Shown piece by piece: positions 1 through 14,572 of a stretch of DNA of 64,000 nucleotides. The position numbers and the translations under genes are program-made. Every line of letters begins with the position of its first letter. Within the stretch, counting starts at the first letter, position 1. Under the pieces are notes generated by a model. The model was not told the origin of the DNA. It made no database searches and saw nothing but the letters and a program-made list of their open reading frames with translations. Source of the DNA: the human T2T-CHM13v2.0 reference genome, Homo sapiens; the NCBI RefSeq assembly GCF_009914755.1, contig NC_060926.1. One strand, written 5' to 3'.

Positions 1-117
1 AACCAAAAATCTTTATTGTATCATGTTTAAATATAGATTTCCTGTTTGTCTGTTTTTTTTTTTTTGTAACTCCAATTTCATTTTTTAAATGTGGATATTA
101 TGGCATTTATTCTTTGA

Positions 118-241
118 AAACCTCACAGTGCCCAGGTCTCAACTCCAGAGAATTTAATTAGTCTGAGATGGGACCTAAACACTGGGGTTTTAAAAAGCTC
201 CCCAGGTGATTTTTATGTGTGGCCAGGACTGAAAACCACTG
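118..241. mobile_element. MER5-like hAT-Charlie DNA transposon fragment
   Basis: Contains MER5-type motifs 'aaaagctccccaggtgatt' and terminal 'aaaaccactg'; boundaries approximate. Confidence 0.7.
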
Positions 242-912
242 CATTGGAATTTGAGCATCAACCTTGAGGTCAATTGCATTATGAGCTAAATTCAACGCTG
301 AACAATGGCATGTATGATTCAAGTCTTGAGGTTCATCTTTCTCACATTTCTCTGTCCCTCCTCTATTTTTCACTTACAATCTATTTATTATGATTCAAAC
401 TTTAAACTAGAGGAGATCATTAATCATGGATATAATTTAGTGACAGCAGGGTCATGTCCCACTAAGTAAGTACACCTTGTTTGCCTCAAAATGCTAATCG
501 TTTTTCTGCAACATTAATGAGGAACAATTGATATGAAGCCTAACAACCTAGTTGCTGTTTTATTGAAATAAAGTACTCTATTAGATTATGGCAAAACACA
601 GCAAGGTTTAATTATGCAAAATTCTGAATCATATAACACCATACTTATGAAATTTTGGCACCAAGGAAGAGGGGAATTTTAATGACTTTCAAGATTTTCT
701 GGAAAGAAGATTACAATTATAGAAGTTGTTACCTTGCATCTTCCCTGCAATAAGATATATCATTCTCAGGATAACTAATATTTCAGTTGCCTTTGCTTTT
801 AGCTGTGAGGTTGTTAAAAGAGGAGATCCCCATTTTTCTTCTCTGAATATCTGCTGTTGCTTCCATTTATTCATTTAGAACTGTCTATTTTAAAAGAAAA
901 GACCTCAAATTT

Positions 913-1064
913 ACAACAGCAAATACAGAAGACCAAACTTAGGAACAGTTGGGAGGAACTACAGAATTTGTCCTCTCTGCTTATAATCTTGCAAACCTTT
1001 GAGATTCCTTGTGGTAGTATGAATTTCATGGTAGCATTTTACTTCACTGCTTTTGTAGTCTTAG
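913..1064 (+). repeat. Local dispersed duplication, copy A (pair of 3386-3537)
   Basis: 152-bp ungapped match to 3386-3537, 17 mismatches by hand count; flanked by direct repeat agaaaagacctcaaa (895-909, 1063-1077). Confidence 0.95.
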
Positions 1065-1128
1065 AAAAGACCTCAAAGCAAAGTAACCAAGCATGTAATA
1101 TAGCTTGTGTTTAAAGTTACTGTGTTTA

Positions 1129-1484
<356 letters not shown>

Positions 1485-1775
1485 TCACCCTTAGAACAAA
1501 TTACAACTTAAAAACATACTATTATTAGAGTGTTTTTATGAACATTATAAAACGTGTTTTTGGCAACGTGTATTGTTGGACTTTACGGGACACCATTGCA
1601 CTTTTAAATCTCCCCGATTTGATCCCTTGTCTCTATTGGCACCTATTTGAATCTTGATAAAAAATGATAACTAATTTTTATACTATTTACAAAGATTGTT
1701 TAAGGCTAGCAATGATGAGTCCTTTAGTATGTTTCAGTTCCAAGAAATATGATTGTCTTTAAGACGACAGCACAG

Positions 1776-2132
<357 letters not shown>

Positions 2133-2366
2133 TCAGACTCTGAGATCAAGTGATAAATAATAAATGATAAAAATCCATGTGAGAGTAGGTGAAAGGGTCA
2201 GGTCATGATTTATTGAGAAATTTTCCATTTCCCAACTGAGATGAACTTGGATAGTCTTAATTATGAAAATAACTTGCAATTGGCATCTGTGCATTAGTTG
2301 GTGTGTGTGTGTGTGGTTGGAGGTGGGTGATGTGATATCGGTTGATTAAGTAGATGAACTTTTTGC

Positions 2367-2460
2367 AGGCAGGGATTACATACTATTAACCTGTGCATTC
2401 CCAGTGCCAAGTACTGAACCTGGTACATGTTAATAGCTATTCAATAGAAGTTTACTAAAT
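2367..2460 (+). mobile_element. L2 3'-end fragment
   Basis: 'cccagtgcc...cctggtacat...tcaatagaagtttactaaat' resembles the L2 3' tail. Confidence 0.55.
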
Positions 2461-3385
2461 TATTTATAATGGAAAGAGGAAAAACATGGATAATGGAAGC
2501 ACTCTTAGAAAAGCAAAATATGGTATTTGTTCTCTAAAATTCTCCTTGCCTCAAGTGAGAAAGTATTGTCCTAATTAAGTTCAATATATCCCAAAGAGAA
2601 ATATTTTTAAAAAGTTGAAGGTTACAATTTTCAGTAGTTTAGGAGGCATCCAGGAAGAAGATAAATGCATGTTTTTATTATGTTTAGTCATATAAAAAAT
2701 TATTGTCTGGAATATATAGAAATTTATATAGACTATTGGACTCTGAATTTCCTCTCCTTTTTTCCTGAGTTGATCCATTACATAAGAAAATTTTCAAGAA
2801 GAGAAAGAGATGGCATCTACTGTACAGGGAGAAGGAGAAGGGCTTTCTGAAGTGTTCTGAATGATGGCTGTGATTGAAAGGCCCAGTTTCAAATAAGACA
2901 AGACCATCTTTGGAGCTCCACAGGATGCCACTGTTCACTGCTATTGAAAAACTGTTTGAAACCAGTGGATCAATCTGGTGTTTTTAAGCTCTAGTTTGAA
3001 TGAAGCTATTTATTTCTGAGTGTGTTTCATCATCTTCACTAAAGACTAGAATTTGTGGGGGCAGATTTCACTATCTTTTTTGATAGGCTTTGAAATGACA
3101 TGGGTGTCGTAACAGGAAAATGCAGTCTGTGTTTCGACATCAATGACTTGGGCTTAGACATGTGCATATAATGCACTCTTAAAAAATCTCCTAACCAGAG
3201 AGACACCATGCTCAAGATGTTCAGATGGGAGCAAGCACCATGAGTTATGCAAGACTTGAGGTCTAGAAGAATGTTTTGTTTTTCAAGGAGGCTGGAAGCT
3301 TGTGGCCAATTATCTCCTATGTTGATAAGGAATTAATAAAAAGCTCATCAATAAAATGTCTGTTTTCAATTCTACGGTAGATAGG

Positions 3386-3537
3386 ACAATAGCAAGTACA
3401 GAAGACCAGACCTAGGGGCAATTGGGAGGAACTATAGAATTTGTCCTCTCTACCTGTAATCTTGCATATCTTTGAGATTTCTTATGGTAGTATGAATTTC
3501 ATGATAGCATTTTACTTCACTGCTTTTATAGTCTTAG
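3386..3537 (+). repeat. Local dispersed duplication, copy B (probable donor of 913-1064)
   Basis: Ungapped 152-bp match to 913-1064 at offset 2473; no TSD seen around this copy. Confidence 0.95.
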
Positions 3538-3754
3538 TCTGTTTACAAAATAAAAAATTTGATCCTTCCCTTTTTAATGTACAGATATAAAAAATTTTAA
3601 TTTTCCTTATGAATCATAGGCTTTCTGAATCTATCAAAATGAAAATTATTTAGAAAGCAATATAATAAGCCAGATTTCCACAATAAATTATTTTTCTTTA
3701 TCCATTTATTTCTTTATCCTTTTAAGTAACACAAAATTCATTCTCCAGTTTATT

Positions 3755-3891
3755 TATTTATTTTTTATTTTTACAGAGATGGGGTATCGCTATGTTTGCC
3801 AAGTTTGTCCTGAACTCCTGGCCTCAAGCAATCCTCCCACCTGGGCCTCCCAAAGTGCTGAGATTACAGGCATGAGCCACCACTCCCAGCC
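3755..3891 (-). mobile_element. FLAM_C-like Alu monomer
   Basis: Single left-arm monomer in reverse orientation; TSD ctccagtttatt at 3743-3754 and 3892-3903. Confidence 0.9.
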
Positions 3892-4041
3892 CTCCAGTTT
3901 ATTAGTTCATTCTCTTACACTAAAGCATGTCTGAATTAGGAGATTCATATACAGGAGAATATTCTTAGGAGAATAAAGCACAGATCTTGTTCTCAATAAA
4001 ATGTTAGGCAAATACAATATTTAGATGTTTTATCATTTATA

Positions 4042-4670
4042 TGTGTTTTGGTTTTCTATTGCCACTTAAGCCACAACGTTAGTGGCTTAAAATATCACTC
4101 ATTTATTATCCCACAGATTTGTAGCTCAGCAGTCTGGACAAAGCATGGGTAAGCTGGTTTTTTCTCCCAGTTTTTACAGGCTGAAGTCAAGATGGTGGCC
4201 AGTTTGCATTCCTTTCTGAAGGTTCTGGGGATGAATCTGCTTCCAAAGTGTTTCAGGTGGCTGGCAAACTTCAGTTCCATGTGGTTGTAGATGCAGACTG
4301 AGGTCCCTGTTTATTTACCGGTTGCTGGCCTGGGATTGTTTGTAGTTTCTACAGGCTTTCTGCATTCCTTATTTTGTGAACCCCTTCCTTAATCACCAAA
4401 GCTAGGATTGACAGGGAAAGTCTTTCTTTTGCTTTGAATCTCTCTGATTTCCCACTGTGCCTGATTCTTCTGTCTTCCTCTTTTGCTTTTTAGGGCTCAT
4501 GTGGTTACGCTGGAGCTACCCCAGATAATCCTAGGTAATCTCTCTATTTTAAGGTCAGTTGATTAGTAACCTTAATTCCATGTACAAAGTCCTTTCATAG
4601 AAGTAGATTTGTACTGAATAACCACTACATGGAAATCTTGGAGGACATCTTTAGAATTCTGCCTATCACA
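4042..4670 (-). mobile_element. MLT1 (ERVL-MaLR) solo LTR
   Basis: 'agtggcttaaaa...catttattat...cacag' and terminal 'ttagaattctgcctatcaca'; subfamily uncertain (D-F). Confidence 0.85.
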
Positions 4671-4706
4671 ATATGCACACAGAAAAAACAAGAAATGTAT
4701 TAAATT

Positions 4707-4858
4707 GTTTTTTTGTTTGTTTTTTTTTTTTTTTTTTTTTTTAGAGATGGAGTCTCACTGTGTTGCTCAGGCTGACCTCAAACTGCTAGGCTCAAATGAT
4801 TCTCCTACTTTAGTCTCCCAAGTAGCTGGGACTACAGGAAAGTACCACTGTGCATGGC
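4707..4858 (-). mobile_element. FLAM_A-like Alu monomer
   Basis: Poly-T followed by monomer; flanking repeat agaaatgtatt at 4691-4701 and 4862-4872. Confidence 0.85.
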
Positions 4859-4944
4859 ATTAGAAATGTATTTTCTATGTGAAAGCCAACTATAGAAATT
4901 ATGCCAGTACTTCATTCCATTGCAACATAAGACTGTGGAATTTT

Positions 4945-5520
4945 TCCAATGCTGCTTGAACACCTCCACTGGCATTTCATCTCATTGCGAGGAAGAGGCA
5001 AAGTCCTCATAATGGCTTACAAAGCTTTGCGTGATCTGGGCCAACACTACCGGTCACCAGTGTCCTGTCTCTTTCCCCCTGGATACTCCAGTCCAGTCCA
5101 GACTGTCAGGACTTCTGTCTCTTCTCTCGGTACAGCAAGCATGTTGCACATATTGGCTTTGCATTTGCTACAATCTCCACCTGTAATTACTTCTCCCTCC
5201 AGTGTTCACATGGCTTTCTCTCTACCCTCCTGGAAGTCATGGCTCAAATATTACTTTCTTAGTGAGGGCTTTCCTGACCATGTTTTTACAATTTTAATTA
5301 CTGCTCAACCCACACATTTCCTATCTTTCTTTCTTGCCTTATTTCTGGCCCTCTTCTGGCAATTGTCAGCTATGAATCAGTTACTTATTTATTCGATTAG
5401 CTTCATAAAAGTAGACATTTTCATCTATCTTGTTCACTGCTGTATCCGTATTCCAGCACCTAGAATGTCTGGCATATGGTAAGTACTCAACAAAAATTTG
5501 TTAAAAGAATGTCGAATGAA
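4945..5520 (+). mobile_element. L2a 3' region
   Basis: 'caaagtcctcataatggcttacaaagc...tgatctgg' and tail 'cctagaatgtctggcatatggtaagtactcaacaaaaatttgtt...gaatgaa'. Confidence 0.85.
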
Positions 5521-6031
5521 TTAAGATAATGAGCCCAGATTCTCATTTTCTGAGTTGCTAAGTTAATTCTTTATTTAGTGAAAGGGTGTATATTGTCATA
5601 AATTGTTTGAGTTCATTCTTTACCTCCTCCCCACACTATCCTTCTCCCACTCTATCAATTTTAGCAGTAAAATCATGAAATAAGAGAGATTTTGAAAGAA
5701 AATTAAAACATGAAATGCATTCACTTCCTTTTATTTCCGGGTATTTTCTTCTTTATATATTTTTTTCTTTCAATTTATTACGAATAATTCTTCACCTCAA
5801 GTTGTGGCAAACTTATAAACGTTTTCATTAATGGCCCCAAAAAGTAATGGCATACCTAGTGTTGCATTCAGTGTTGCCCAACTGTCACCATTTCTCTTTC
5901 TTTTACTATTATAGTCAACTGAATAATATTGATGCCCTTCATTAATGCACTTTACATTTTTTTAATAAAACCTCTTGTCAACATGTTATGCATCTGGTGT
6001 GGTCCAGTTTGAAGGAATAAATGTTATAGAG

Positions 6032-6354
6032 CAGGGGTCCCCAACCCCTGGTCCATGGCCTGTTAGGAACCCAGCCACACAGCAGAAGGTGAGTGGCAGG
6101 TGAGCGAACATTACCACCTGAGCTCCACCTTCTGTCAGATCAGCAGCGGCACTGGATTCTCAGAGGAGCGCCAAACTTCTTGTGAACTGTTCATGTGCGG
6201 GATCTAGGTTGTGTACTCCTTATGAGTATCTAATGCCTGATGATCTGAGGTGGAACAGTTTCATTCCCAAACCGTTCTCTCCCTCCCCTGCATCCATGGA
6301 AAAATTATCTTCCATGAGACCAGTGCCTCGTGCCAAAAAGTTTGGGGATCGCTG
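6032..6354 (+). mobile_element. MER1B hAT-Charlie element
   Basis: TIRs caggggtccccaa / ttggggatcgctg; 8-bp TSD ttatagag (6024-6031) / ttacagag (6355-6362). Confidence 0.92.
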
Positions 6355-6599
6355 TTACAGAGTAACCAATTTTGATCTTTAAGCATTGGTAATTTCAACA
6401 GTACTGTGCCTTTATATAGCTTTAGCACTTTCTTTTGTCATGGTAACTAGATGTATACATTTTCTCACCTCATTCTATCATAGGTTATCTATCATGATGT
6501 CTGCCACTGGGCCATAGCGGTTAAATGTCAATGTTCTCCAGTTTTTATCCTCCCGTTTCTACTATCGTCACTCTAACTTCCCAATGAGAAGCCTTACCT

Positions 6600-7895
6600 A
6601 CTCCAGTGATTTCCACTGTTAACTCTATGCTGATATCTTCCCAATATACAGGCCCACAATTTCATGGGCTCCAAATCCTGGGATTTGTGCAAGTGCTTCT
6701 TATACCACATGTCAAAAAGCAAGCTCAGCCATTGCACTTTGCTCCTCTTCCTTTGTTGATCTATCTCTGTTACACTTCTATCCTCTCAGTCACCAAACCT
6801 TGAAACCACGGAAACATCTTTGACATTTCCTCTAGCCCTCTCCCCTCCTTCCCACACGTCTGATCACAAACTAATCCCTTTGAATTCTGCTGTTGAAATA
6901 ACTCTCTGATCTGTTTTTTTCTTTCTGCTACTGCTTCTTTAGTACTTCAGGTGCCTACCTACTCTACTCCACCAGTATCTTTTTTTTTTTTTTTTTTTTT
7001 TTTGAGACAGAGTCTCGCTCGGTGGCCCAGGCTGGAGTGCAGTGGCGCGTCTCCGCTCAGGGCAAGCTCCGCCTCCCGGGTTCACGCCATTCTCCTGCCT
7101 CAGCCTCCCGAGTGACTGGAACTACAGGCTCCCGCCACCACGCCCGGCTAATTTTTTTGTATTTTCAGTAGAGACGGGGTTTCACCGTGTTCGCCAGGAT
7201 GGTCTCAATCTCTTGACCTCATTATCCGCCCTCCTCGGCCTTCCAAAGTGCTGGGATTACAGGCGTGAGCCACCGCGCCCGGCCTACTCCACCAGTATCT
7301 TAACTGGCCTACTAGTTTCTGCTTTTTCTGATTTTTTTCAAAGTATAGATCAAGCATGCCTTCAACATGACTCATCAAGGCCATCACGCAGAATTTAAAA
7401 TTATCTTAACTTTCATTATGGTATTCAAGACCTTCCTAATTTGAGCCCACATTTATTTTTCAAATTTATATTCTATCTCTCTCCCTAAAACAAAAAGTAA
7501 TGTATCATTTTCTAAGCAGATGTTATCATCTTAAACGTTTGTGCCTTTGCTTAGGTTTCCCCTCTTGCTGGAATTTTCTTCATCTACTTCCTGGCCTTCT
7601 ATGCCCACCTTCCCACCCTAGCACAACACAACTTCTAAGTCTAGATTCAATATACCTCTTTGGTGAAATCTCCCTTGACTTCCCCAAATGAATGTTCTTT
7701 TTCTATGGTGCTAAATCACTTCATTCATAACTCTTTTAAAGCCCCCACGATATTTTGGTAGTTTTTATTGTCTATTTACCTCCAAACTTGTGAGTTCTTT
7801 GACAAGACTGGCCGTGTCTTTTTTTTAATCTTAGTATCCCATGCATGAAGCAAAACTCCTGGCATTTAGAAGATTTAGCAAATATTTGATGAAAA
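6600..7895 (+). mobile_element. L2 relic interrupted by AluY
   Basis: Pyrimidine-rich L2 ORF2/3' motifs ending 'cctggcatttagaagatttagcaaatatttgatgaa'; boundaries approximate. Confidence 0.65.
6981..7284 (-). mobile_element. AluY
   Basis: CpG-rich, 'gcaagctccgcctcccgggttcacgccattc'; TSD tactccaccagtatct at 6965-6980 and 7285-7300. Confidence 0.97.
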
Positions 7896-8409
7896 AAAAG
7901 AGTAGAAAGCAAATTTATAGAAACTGAACTAAAATCAACACAGCGTAATATTGCAGATGAATATAGAAGGGAGTAAACTAAAGAATCTAATCCTGGGTAT
8001 TTCCTGTGAAAAATCTTACCTTCCTTTTAAAATAACTTTTACAAATATCCCCATCTTGTTTTATTGCATGAAATTAAATGATCATGCTTCATAGTAAAAG
8101 AAGTATTCATTCAATTTGTTATTATCTTCATCAGTATCATCAGCAGATACATCAGCAGATTTCTAGAGAAAGCTCTCAGTACTAGGAAACAGACAATTTT
8201 ATTCAAGGGGCAGAGCATATATTGCATTCTTTAGAAAAGTCATCAAAAACTTAAGAAAACTAGTTAGTTCTCTTACAGAATGCAGAGAAATGTCATAGAA
8301 TCCAATGGAATTGTGTTTAATCATCAAAGACTGGCAAAGCAAGCGGCACTTAAGAGCTGGTACCCTCATTAATGGACCTCAAACTCTACACACAAATTCA
8401 TGGAGAAGT

Positions 8410-8645
8410 CATTAAAAGATATCTTGTTAGCCTGGCCAATGCATACTAATCCTGTGGTCTGTGGGGTGTCCAGAAATCTTTATTTGTCATCAGTACCTCT
8501 ACATGATTCCAACACAGGTGGCCTAAGGGCCACATTTTAAAAACAGTGATCTAGTCTCAAACATTTATTTTATAGATGAAATAATGGAATTACTTAGAAG
8601 TGGTAATTCATGTCAGAGCTAACTTTTAAGCTCAGTTTTCCATTC
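8410..8645. mobile_element. MER5-like fragment followed by MIR fragment
   Basis: 'atgattcc...gggccacattttaaaaacagtg' then 'attttatagatgaaataatg...gtcagagct'. Confidence 0.5.
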
Positions 8646-9479
8646 TTATCTTAGTATGTTTCTGGGAGGCCTTAACCTTAACCTTAATTGCTGCTAATTT
8701 TTATTCTTGCCCGTATTTTCCGTTATTGGTCTCTGTCTATTGAAATAAGGAAGAAAAAAAGAAGATTCTCATATTTGCCTTATATTTTCTCTTTACTTCC
8801 TTTACTTTTAGAGATGAATCGGTTTCTTCTTTAGAGAAAAACCAAACCCACCTCCAAATCCCAGGAAGGCCTGTAATTTCTATATCCTTAGACTCTGCTG
8901 ATTGTTTATTTGCTTCTCCAATCAATTTGTATGTATGTAAATTTTATATCACACAACATCCACACTCCTCTTCATAATACAGATAGCATTATCAACTTAC
9001 CTTCCTATCAGCACAGTGCAGATGTGCAACACAACAGGTTTATTTAACAACTGAATAGCTACGTCAGTGTTGGAGGGGTGGGTAAAGAGAAACAAAGCTT
9101 TCACTTTCCTTTTGGGTTTTGTTAGTAATGACAGCTCAGCTGATAGTGTTTTCTGAGAACAAGGGGAGTCCTGATAGAGAGAACCCTCCCATTCCCATTT
9201 GATCATTCCAAGTGGAGATTTGGGACAGCCTTCCTTGCTAGGGATAGTTAAGGTATAATGGCTTCTGACCCTGTCACTGCAGCTAATTTTAGGCATCATT
9301 CTCTCTGTTGTATGTTCATGACAGCATAAGTCTCATCATTGTCTCTTGAGCTGAGCCCACTGAACACATTATGTTATCATGGGGGTTGTTCTTAAATTAA
9401 GAGCTTATTGTCCCAACCAACATCTTTCACTCACTATTTCTTTCTCATCTTTAAGATAAACATGATGGAGCTGATTTAT

Positions 9480-10430
9480 TATATACTCATTCTTTTACTA
9501 ATTAAAGTTAAGTACTTCAAATTTACAGAAGAATATAGCAACAAAGAGAACAGTCATGTACCCGTACTCAACTTTAAATAAAATCTTGACACTTTGCCAA
9601 TATTTGCTTTAGATTTTATTTAAAGAAATAAATCATTACAGGTGTGGTGGAAGCTTCTTGCACAACTTTCTCCAATCTCTTTTCTCTTTCTTTTCAGAAG
9701 TAACTGCTGCCCCCAAAATGGCAATTTACTATTTCCATTCATGTTTTTATTTTATTACTACATATATACGTATCATAAATAATCACTTTGCATATTTTTA
9801 AACATTGTTATCTACATATAATTTTGCTTTTTTCACTCAATATTGTTCTGGGGATTTATTCTTGTTAATACATACAGCTCGAGGTTACTTACCTAAAATA
9901 TTTTGTAATATTCCATTGTGTGTATTTTATTATTTATTATTTTCCTTATTTTCATATTTTCACTATTGCCAGCTATGTTGCAATGAATATTTTTATATGT
10001 ATCTCATTTTGTGCATGTGTAAAAGTTTCTCTTGGATTTATTCCAGCAGGTGCAGTTGCTGTGTTGAATGATATGCACAAGTTCTAAATAACTGGATCTT
10101 GCCAAGGCAAATGCTTCAATCTACATGCCTAAAAGCTGTGCATGAGACTTCCTTGTGCTCCACAGTCTTACCACCATTTGAAATTGTCCAACTTTTACAT
10201 TTGGATCAATAAGAACTATATCAATTTTATTGTTATTTTGAGTACTACAGCTCAGTTCAATACATAGATTGACCTTTTTGGTTTCTTTTCTGTGAATTTC
10301 CTGTTCATATCTCCTCCTTTCATCTGAAAAAAGTTTCTTTTTCTTATAAATTTATGGTTTTCAAATATTTTCAATATTAGTCTTTTGTCAGCTATATGAA
10401 ATGTGATATCTCCTGTTATGCTTGCCTTTT
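9480..10430 (-). mobile_element. Old L1M (L1ME/MD-like) 3' region
   Basis: Degenerate antisense L1 3'UTR/ORF2 motifs such as 'atattccattgtgtgtat' and 'gttgcaatgaatatt'. Confidence 0.7.
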
Positions 10431-11314
10431 CACTTTTAAAAATAATGTTTTTGAGTAGCTTTAAGTTTTATAGAAAAAATAGGACAGAAAATACAGAATT
10501 CCTGCATACTCCATTTCTGCCAACACAGTTTCCCCTATTATTAATATCTTGCATTAATGTAGTACATTTAATACAATTGATGGATCAATATTGATACCTT
10601 ATTATTAACTAAAGTCCATTATTTACATTAGGTTTCACTGTTTTAGTGTTCACTCTTTGTGTTGTATAATTTTATGAGTTTTGACAAATGCATAAAATCA
10701 TGTATCCACCATTATAGCATCATAAGGAATAGTTTTACTGTCCTAAAAATGCTGTATGCATTTATCCCTTCTTCTCTCCCCTACCTCCTAATCCCTGATA
10801 ATCACTGATGTTTTTAACTGTTTCTCTAGTTTTGCCTTTTCCAGAATGTCCTGTGGTGGAATCGTACATTATATGGCCTTTTCCCACTAGCTTCTGTCAT
10901 TTGCAATATACACTGAAGTGGCCTCCATGTCTTTTTGTGGCTTGATAGCTCATTTCTTCTTATCACTGAATAAGATTCCATTTTATGGATATATAGCATT
11001 TTGTTTATCCATTTACCTGTCGAAGGACATCTTGGTTGCTTCCAGTTTTTGGCAATTTTGAATAAGGTTATTATAAATTCGTATGCAGGTTTTTGTATAA
11101 ACACAAATTTTCAACTCATTTAGGTAAATACCTGGCAGCTTGATTGGTGGTTCATAAGATAAGCTTATGTTTAGCTTTATAAGAAACTGCCAAATTATCT
11201 TCCAAAGTGGCTGTAAAATTTTGCGTTTCCACTGATGAATAGATTCCTGTTGCACCACAGTCTTGCCAGCATTTGATACTGTCAGTGTTTTGAATTTTAG
11301 CCATTCTGATAGGC

Positions 11315-11836
11315 ATGTTGCATTAATTTTGTTTTTTATTTTCTGTATTTTATGATGCTTTGACATCTTGGGACCTTGCAAGTTAGGGGGAGACTGCTTC
11401 TCCTAGGACTAGCTAATTCCTAGAGCTATCAAATGACTCACTTGTGAGTGTGCCTTTCACATGCCAATCAACCAATCTAAAACCCATAACTCCCAGCCAC
11501 CACCTTTATGGAACTCTCAAACATAAGTCAATATTTCCCTGTCCTAACCAACCCAACCAAAGTACCAGACAACTTGGGACAGCTCTTATACCCCAGAGCC
11601 CATTAAAATTATTCAAACTAGCCAATCCTTAACCTGCTTATTTTACGTGGCCCATTTCTTCCTGTGAAAACCACACTAAAGGTTTTTGTTCATGCTTTCC
11701 CAGGGCTCCTTCTGCCTTGTGGCTGACCCTAGTGTTGCTCATGCAGCCCTGCATGCCATGGCATGCCATATGTCTGCTGTTTCTACAGATCTGTAAGTAT
11801 AAAAACTTCTTCCTTCATTACAGTCGTTTAGAAACG
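11315..11836 (+). mobile_element. ERV solo LTR inserted in L1 (MER72/LTR47-like, family uncertain)
   Basis: Interrupts the L1 motif 'tctgatagg|...|gtagtggtatc'; starts tg; CCAAT boxes; 'gatgctttgacatcttggg' LTR motif. Confidence 0.75.
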
Positions 11837-12450
11837 CGTAGTGGTATCTTATTGTTTTTTAAATTTGCAAATTTCTAATGATATATAATGTTGAACATAT
11901 TTTCATATGCTTATCTGCCATCTGTATATCTTTGGTGAAGTATCTGTTCAGATCTTTTGCCCATTTTTTAATTGGGTTGTTTGTTTGCTTGTTGTTGAGT
12001 TTTAAGTATTCTTTAGCTATTTTGATTATGAGTCCTTTATCAGATATGTGTTTTGCAAAGATTTTTTTCTCCCAGTCTGTGGCTTGTCTTTTCATTATCT
12101 AAACAATGTCTTTGGTGGAGCAGAAGGTTTTAATTTTAATGTTCAAGTTATCCATTTTTTTTCTTTCATGAATTGCACTTTTGGTATTACATCTGAAAAA
12201 TCATTGCCAAACCCAAGGTCACCTAGAATTTTTTTTTCTCGTTTTATCTTCTAGGAGTTTTATAGTTTTGCATTTTGCTTCGGTTTTGCATTTGCATTTA
12301 GGTCTAAGACCCCTTTTAAGTTATTTTTGTGAGAGGTATAGGGTATGTATCCAGATTAATTTTTTGTATGTAGATGTCCAGTTGTTCCATTCCTGTTTGC
12401 TGAAAAGACCATCCTTTCTCCACTGTGTTCCTTTGCCAAAGATGAGTTGA

Positions 12451-12792
<342 letters not shown>

Positions 12793-13159
12793 CTATTTCT
12801 GGGTTCTTTATTCTGTTCCATTGCTCTGTTGACCAATTGGTCAATTGATCTATTTGTCTGTTCTTCTACCAGTACCACACTGTCTTATTCACTGTAGCTC
12901 TGTAGTAAGTCTTGAAGTTGGTTAGTGTCAACTCTCTGACTTTTTCTTCTTCATTATTATATTAGCAATTCTAGCTCTTTCATCTTTTGATAGGAACTCT
13001 AGAATCAATTTGTCAATGTACACAAAATAACTGTCTGGGATTTTGGTTGGGATGGCTTTGAATCTATAGTTCAAATTGTGAATAACTGACATTTAATAAA
13101 TCTGAATCTTTCTATCTATGAACATGGACTATCTCTCAATTGATCAGATCTTTGGTTCT

Positions 13160-13466
<307 letters not shown>

Positions 13467-14185
13467 ATAGATATTTGAATTCTTTAATTAGAGTTTGTAG
13501 TTTTTTTCTGTATGACCTGGCACATATTTTATGAGATTTATACCCAAGTATTTCATTTTTGGTGTTGCTAATGTAAATGTTGTGCTTTAATTTTAATTCC
13601 CATTGCTCATTAATGATATATAGGAAAGTAAGTGACTCGTATATTATTAACATCATGCCCTGAAACCTTACAACAATTGCTTATTTGTTTCAAGAGTTTT
13701 TTGGTCCAGTTTTTGGGGTTTTCTATGTAGACAATTTTGCCAACTTCACATCCCAAACTTTGTACCTTTTATTTTATTGTCTTGTCTTATTGCATTAGCA
13801 AGGACTTCTAGTATGATGTTGAGTAGGGGTGGTGAGAAGGGAAATCGTTGTCTTCATTCTGATCTTAGGGCCAAACTTGTAGTTTTTCACAATTAAATAT
13901 GATGTCAGCTATGGGTGTTTTATAGATTTTTTTAATCAAGTTGAGGAAGTTCCCTTCTATCTCCTGTTTGTTGGGATATTTTCACATGAATAGGTCATGA
14001 CTCTCTCGAATGTTTTTTTTCTTCGTCTATTGATATGATCGTATGATTTTTTGTTAGCCTGTTGGTGTGATGGATTACATTTAATTAATTTTTGAAATGT
14101 TGAACTAGCATTGCATACCTGGAATAAGTCACAACTGGATGTGTTGTATAATTCATTTTAAACATTGCTGGTTTCTGTCTGTTTT

Positions 14186-14266
14186 ATACATATATATATA
14201 AAATATAATTATATAATATGTATATAGTGTGTGAAATATATATATACAAATATATATTTGTATATG
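14186..14266. repeat. (TA)n-rich low-complexity tract
   Basis: Alternating TA; includes a 24-bp palindrome. Confidence 0.85.
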
Positions 14267-14572
14267 TTCATGAGAAACTTTAGTCTGTAATTTTCCTTTC
14301 TTGTATTGTCTTTGCCAATTTTTGACATTAGTGTAAGGCTGACCTCATAAAATGAGTCAGGAAGTGTTTCTTCTGCTTCTGTTTTCTGGAAGAGATTACA
14401 GAGTATTGGTATTATTTCTTTAAATGTTTGGTAGAACTTAACAGTGAAACCACCTGGGCTGGTGCTTTCTGTTAATTACTGATTCAAGTTTTTAAATAAA
14501 CTGATAACTTGAATAGGCCTATGTGTATCTTTGTGTGAGTTTTGGTAGATTGTGTTTTTCAAGAAATTTGTC

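Noticed and set aside
4949-5482. Longest ORF (177 aa)
   Set aside because: Lies entirely within an L2 relic; no recognisable domain; low-complexity Leu/Ser/Phe composition.
7042-7398. Alu-derived ORFs here and at 1184, 1749-2160, 12457, 24030, 31059, 41636, 58749 and 62135
   Set aside because: Typical Alu translations ([18 protein letters not shown]).
8140-8160. catcagcagat tandem duplication
   Set aside because: Ordinary slippage-scale repeat.
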